Shown one piece after another: positions 56,242-59,441 of a DNA stretch of 59,441 nucleotides. The first letter of the stretch is position 1; each line of letters opens with the position of its first letter. Source of the DNA: a virus (lineage: Duplodnaviria; Caudoviricetes); IMG/VR virus record IMGVR_UViG_3300032305_002284, positions 1 to 59,441 of that record, one strand, 5' to 3'. Made by a program: the position numbers and the translations under genes. The notes under the pieces were generated by a model. It was not told the origin of the DNA. It did no database searches and saw only the letters and a list, made by a program, of their open reading frames with translations.

Positions 56242-56424
56242 ATGCAAGAGTTTAGTGAGCTGAGAGTTCCTATCATTGTGGATGGGAAAGAGATCGGTGC
56301 ACCGAGCATCACCGGTGAACTGTATCATAGTATGTGCCGGCTACATGATCCAAAAGAAGTCAAGAAGGAAGCCATTCGCGTCATGATGTTCGAAATACGA
56401 TCGATCTTGGAGAAGATGTTGTGA
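56242..56424 (+). CDS. Hypothetical protein
   Basis: aagga RBS. Confidence 0.55.
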   Translation: MQEFSELRVPIIVDGKEIGAPSITGELYHSMCRLHDPKEVKKEAIRVMMFEIRSILEKML

Positions 56425-56645
56425 TGGAAGTCTCGTTTACCAGCACCGCCTATATGTATACCCACAATGCCGACCTAAGTGCTGGTGAGAACCACAGTTT
56501 CCCATATAACTCAACGGTTTGACGTAAAATTTGATGGGAAACTGCCATAGTAGGAAAGTCAACTAACTCAACGGTTTCCCAGTTATGTGGAAATCCAAGT
56601 GCTCTAAGCAATTCGAATCCCAGTAACGGCATAACTGACGGATAT
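56425..56645 (+). other. Structured non-coding element B
   Basis: Shares sequence blocks with element A. Confidence 0.55.
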
Positions 56646-56729
56646 CCTCATTACCAAAAATTAATAAAACAACCGTTGACATCAGCACCTGGCTATGGTA
56701 TAATCACCCTACAAACAGGAGACAATGAC

Positions 56730-56915
56730 ATGACCTCAGCTTACTTTGCCGGCCGCAAGGCCTACCATTATGGATTGCCGACCACGGGTAATCCCCACCG
56801 GTACTACACTGCGGAGTATCGTGACTGGCGTGATGGTTGGGATGATGAGCAGTACGAGGCCGATCAAGAATATGATCGGGAGTATGAGATGGCCCTGCAC
56901 GAGGAGGATTGCTGA
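56730..56915 (+). CDS. Rmf/CrpP-like small protein
   Basis: AYFAGRKAY..G....NPH......WRDGW. Confidence 0.5.
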   Translation: MTSAYFAGRKAYHYGLPTTGNPHRYYTAEYRDWRDGWDDEQYEADQEYDREYEMALHEEDC

Positions 56916-57012
56916 TCCTGACCAAGCTAGGTTAACTCTTTGTAATAATTTCTCTGTTGACATTGCCCGCTGGTGATGGTATAATCCACTCATAGACAAA
57001 GGGATGCATAAC

Positions 57013-57417
57013 ATGACCGTTACGACCTACACCTATGACGACCAGACCGTTTCTGACCTTCACAAGGATGCCTATGGCACTCGCCCGGGCGCCGTCTTTA
57101 TGCGGGTCTGGAAGGGCCTGAGCCCGGACGACAAGCAGGGCCTGTGGGATCACATGTGTGAAAAGCTCGAGGCTGAGATGGCTCGAGAGAAGGAAGCCGC
57201 CCGCAAGGCCTATAGTGTTTGGATTAACCGTATGTTTGTCCTGGCCAAGGATAAGGGCATCACTACTGCTGAGGCCATCAAGCAAGACGTCGGTGAGGAC
57301 GTCGACGGTGACTATGGCTTCGATTATGGTTACTATTGCTTCCGGAATGGCCTGGAATTCAGGCATGCCGACTTCATTCAGCAGATGGTGGAATCGGTGG
57401 AGGATCTGGTAGGTTAA
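57013..57417 (+). CDS. Hypothetical protein
   Basis: SDLHKDAYGTRP; promoter module upstream. Confidence 0.7.
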   Translation: MTVTTYTYDDQTVSDLHKDAYGTRPGAVFMRVWKGLSPDDKQGLWDHMCEKLEAEMAREKEAARKAYSVWINRMFVLAKDKGITTAEAIKQDVGEDVDGDYGFDYGYYCFRNGLEFRHADFIQQMVESVEDLVG

Positions 57418-57492
57418 CAATTTGTAATAATTTAGGCGTTGACAACGGCCTCTGGCCATGGTATAATCATTTTATAAACAGGAGACAGAGAC

Positions 57493-57720
57493 ATGGAACT
57501 TTTGGTTGTTGACTTTGGTGACTCCTACGACCGCTCGGTGGTGGGTGTGGCTCGTGACCTGGCTGAGGCCCGGGTGATGGCTCGAGCCTATGTGACCTCC
57601 GTGTGCTGGGGTCAAGTCGTGCAGGAATTCCAGTACTTTGCCGTGCAGCGGCATCGGCTCGGTGAGCTCACCACCGGGTATGTCGCGGATGAGGCCCTTG
57701 ACCTGGGCGTGGCAGATTAA
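57493..57720 (+). CDS. Hypothetical protein
   Basis: Promoter module and caggag RBS upstream. Confidence 0.7.
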   Translation: MELLVVDFGDSYDRSVVGVARDLAEARVMARAYVTSVCWGQVVQEFQYFAVQRHRLGELTTGYVADEALDLGVAD

Positions 57721-57795
57721 CAATTTGTAATAATTTAAAAGTTGACATAGGCCACCGGCCATGGTATAATCACCATATAAGGAAAGGGATACCAC

Positions 57796-58002
57796 ATGGC
57801 TCGCAAAACCGCTCGTGTCACCCAGGTCTGGACCATTCGGGAGGTTGGCTCCAACGGCTTCCTTGGCACTTATCGGACTTATACGGCTGACCAGGCCATC
57901 CTGAAGTTCTGGGATGACCAGGCAGCCACTGCCGCTACTTTCCGCCGCTCTCAGCCGATGCGCAAGTTTGCAGTCACGGCCACTGTGGAATCGGTAGATT
58001 AA
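57796..58002 (+). CDS. Hypothetical protein
   Basis: Promoter module and RBS upstream. Confidence 0.7.
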   Translation: MARKTARVTQVWTIREVGSNGFLGTYRTYTADQAILKFWDDQAATAATFRRSQPMRKFAVTATVESVD

Positions 58003-58077
58003 CTATCTGTAATAATTTCCCTGTTGACATAGGCCTCTGGCCATGGTATAATCCTCTTATAAACAGGAGATAGACCG

Positions 58078-58461
58078 ATGAAGCTTTATCACTCCATCTA
58101 TCACTACCGTGGTTGCAACCAGCCTCGGACTCCTCGTGAGGTCAAGGATGCTGTCGAACGGGATGAGTATGTCAAGATCGCCGTCGTGCAGTGTCACTCC
58201 ATGGATGAGGCCTTTGCCCTGACTCAGAACATCGATCAGCCATGGACTATGAACCCAGGGGTGGAGATGCGGCCAGTTCCTGGTCCTTTCAGGTCGACTA
58301 TGCCTGGGGATATGATCTCGTGCTGTTACGAGGTATACATTGTCGGCAATAGTGGATTCGTCTACCTGCCACACAAGGCCTTTAAGGATCGGCAACGTGC
58401 CCGTCGTGCAAAGGCCATGGCTGAATTCGATCAGTACAATGAGCGCCGCCGGCAAGGTTAA
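58078..58461 (+). CDS. Hypothetical protein
   Basis: AF.LTQNID..W...RSTMPGD; promoter module upstream. Confidence 0.7.
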   Translation: MKLYHSIYHYRGCNQPRTPREVKDAVERDEYVKIAVVQCHSMDEAFALTQNIDQPWTMNPGVEMRPVPGPFRSTMPGDMISCCYEVYIVGNSGFVYLPHKAFKDRQRARRAKAMAEFDQYNERRRQG

Positions 58462-58546
58462 CGCTTTGTAATAATTTCCCTGTTGACAGCCGTGACCAAA
58501 CCTGGTATAATCCATATATGATCAAGGCCTATGGCCTAACAAAGGA

Positions 58547-58732
58547 ATGAATATGAACGTATCCACCATCATCGATCGCCTTCATGCCGCCGCTATGGCG
58601 TCAACTAATGACCGGGAATCCAATTTCATCTCGGCCCTGGCTAATCGTCTCGAGCACCGGTCGTCCTTGTTCGAGAAGGATCTGACCAAGATCGAGATTG
58701 CCATGATCAGCCGGTATGCAGGCTTGACCTGA
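58547..58732 (+). CDS. Hypothetical protein
   Basis: Promoter module and RBS upstream. Confidence 0.65.
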   Translation: MNMNVSTIIDRLHAAAMASTNDRESNFISALANRLEHRSSLFEKDLTKIEIAMISRYAGLT

Positions 58733-58812
58733 GGTTAACAATTTGTAATTAATCTCTGGTTGACATCCAGCCCGGTTTTTGGTATAATCCACCTATGATC
58801 AAGGAAACAAAT

Positions 58813-58959
58813 ATGACCGATCTTGCAACCGCCGAGGCCCTGTTGGCCGCGTTCACTGCCGCCACTGCCAAGGCTTTGGCCGATTATCGTGACATGGAAG
58901 AGTCCGGCCTTATGGATGTTTTTCATGTCGCTATGGATGATGAAGAGGAGGGTATTTGA
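58813..58959 (+). CDS. Small hypothetical protein
   Basis: Promoter module and aagga RBS upstream. Confidence 0.6.
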   Translation: MTDLATAEALLAAFTAATAKALADYRDMEESGLMDVFHVAMDDEEEGI

Positions 58960-58961
58960 TC

Positions 58962-59159
58962 ATGACCGATTTTGAAAACACAGTCCTGGATATGATGACC
59001 CCCAAGGAACAGGATCGCCTGCTTCGTGTCTTGGCTCAGTCTTCTGTCCGTGAGGGTGCTATCGTCAGTCTAGTGGCTGAACGTCTGCGAGACATGGTGA
59101 ATAGCGGTCTGATGGATCGCCTCTATCCGGAATTGGTTGATGCAATGGAGGGCAATTGA
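58962..59159 (+). CDS. Hypothetical protein
   Basis: ggagg RBS; coupled. Confidence 0.65.
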   Translation: MTDFENTVLDMMTPKEQDRLLRVLAQSSVREGAIVSLVAERLRDMVNSGLMDRLYPELVDAMEGN

Positions 59160-59161
59160 TT

Positions 59162-59392
59162 ATGACCGATCTTGAATACGAAGAGGTAATGGCAAATTTT
59201 GACTTGTTGATTGTCCATGTACAAAAGCTCCGGACTGATTATAATAATGATTATAATAAGCTTCAGGAGAAGTTCCGTTCGGCCTGTTTGTTATTGCGCG
59301 AGGCTGCAGAAGAGTTGGGTAGGATTGATTACCCGGATGTGAATTACCCCCAGAACAGTATTGAACAGTTCCTAGAGGAGAATGATAAGTGA
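59162..59392 (+). CDS. Hypothetical protein
   Basis: ggagg RBS; coupled. Confidence 0.65.
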   Translation: MTDLEYEEVMANFDLLIVHVQKLRTDYNNDYNKLQEKFRSACLLLREAAEELGRIDYPDVNYPQNSIEQFLEENDK

Positions 59393-59441
59393 TGACTGAT
59401 CTAGGAGACATTTTTAGAATAGAATATAACGGCGGTGGATG

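Larger units (their letters stand above)
51912..58812 (+). repeat. Dispersed array of 14 related promoter-RBS modules separating small ORFs
   Basis: -35 hexamers at 51938, 52172, 53377, 53719, 54042, 55612, 55950, 56676, 56957, 57439, 57742, 58024, 58483, 58760, each followed by N17-TATAAT. Confidence 0.92.

Noticed and set aside
51269-58812. Cas4-like nuclease next to a repeat array read as a CRISPR system
   Set aside because: The repeats are degenerate promoters separated by whole genes, not constant-length spacers. The exonuclease lacks the Cas4 Fe-S cysteines and is a common T4-like gene. No cas1 or cas2 is present.
51912-58812. CtrA boxes upstream of the array promoters
   Set aside because: CtrA needs TTAA-N7-TTAA; spacing here is N6 in nearly all copies.

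Overview
Segment of a large T4-like myophage genome (Tevenvirinae/Kyanoviridae-like gene set). The host is probably an alphaproteobacterium; this is a weak inference from a DUF1127-like ORF. Layout: 1-9.3 kb holds the gp46 3' end, a nucleotide-sugar/glycosyltransferase island and gp45-gp44-gp62-regA. 10.4-13.8 kb is a tRNA cluster (14 full-length tRNA or tRNA-like genes, one half tRNA, two homing-endonuclease-like genes, two non-tRNA structured RNAs). 13.8-23 kb holds speD, spanins, Hsp20, a GH19 endolysin, gp43, uvsX and gp41. 23-32 kb is a late-promoter block of probable virion/internal proteins plus Dps. 32-52 kb holds primase, thyX, nrdA/nrdB, an ADP-ribosyltransferase-like gene, a heptose/sugar cluster, rnh, phoH, dCMP deaminase and an exonuclease. 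52-59.4 kb is a visibly more GC-rich array of small ORFs separated by 14 copies of one promoter-RBS module, with two related structured non-coding elements. Most notable: the promoter-cassette array and its twin elements, a CCA-ended double-pseudoknot RNA among the tRNAs, an endonuclease sitting between a truncated tRNA-Ser(UGA) and a divergent intact copy, a late ncRNA candidate after gp41, and several translation-factor look-alikes. All calls come from motif recognition and hand base-pairing; no database search or folding program was run.
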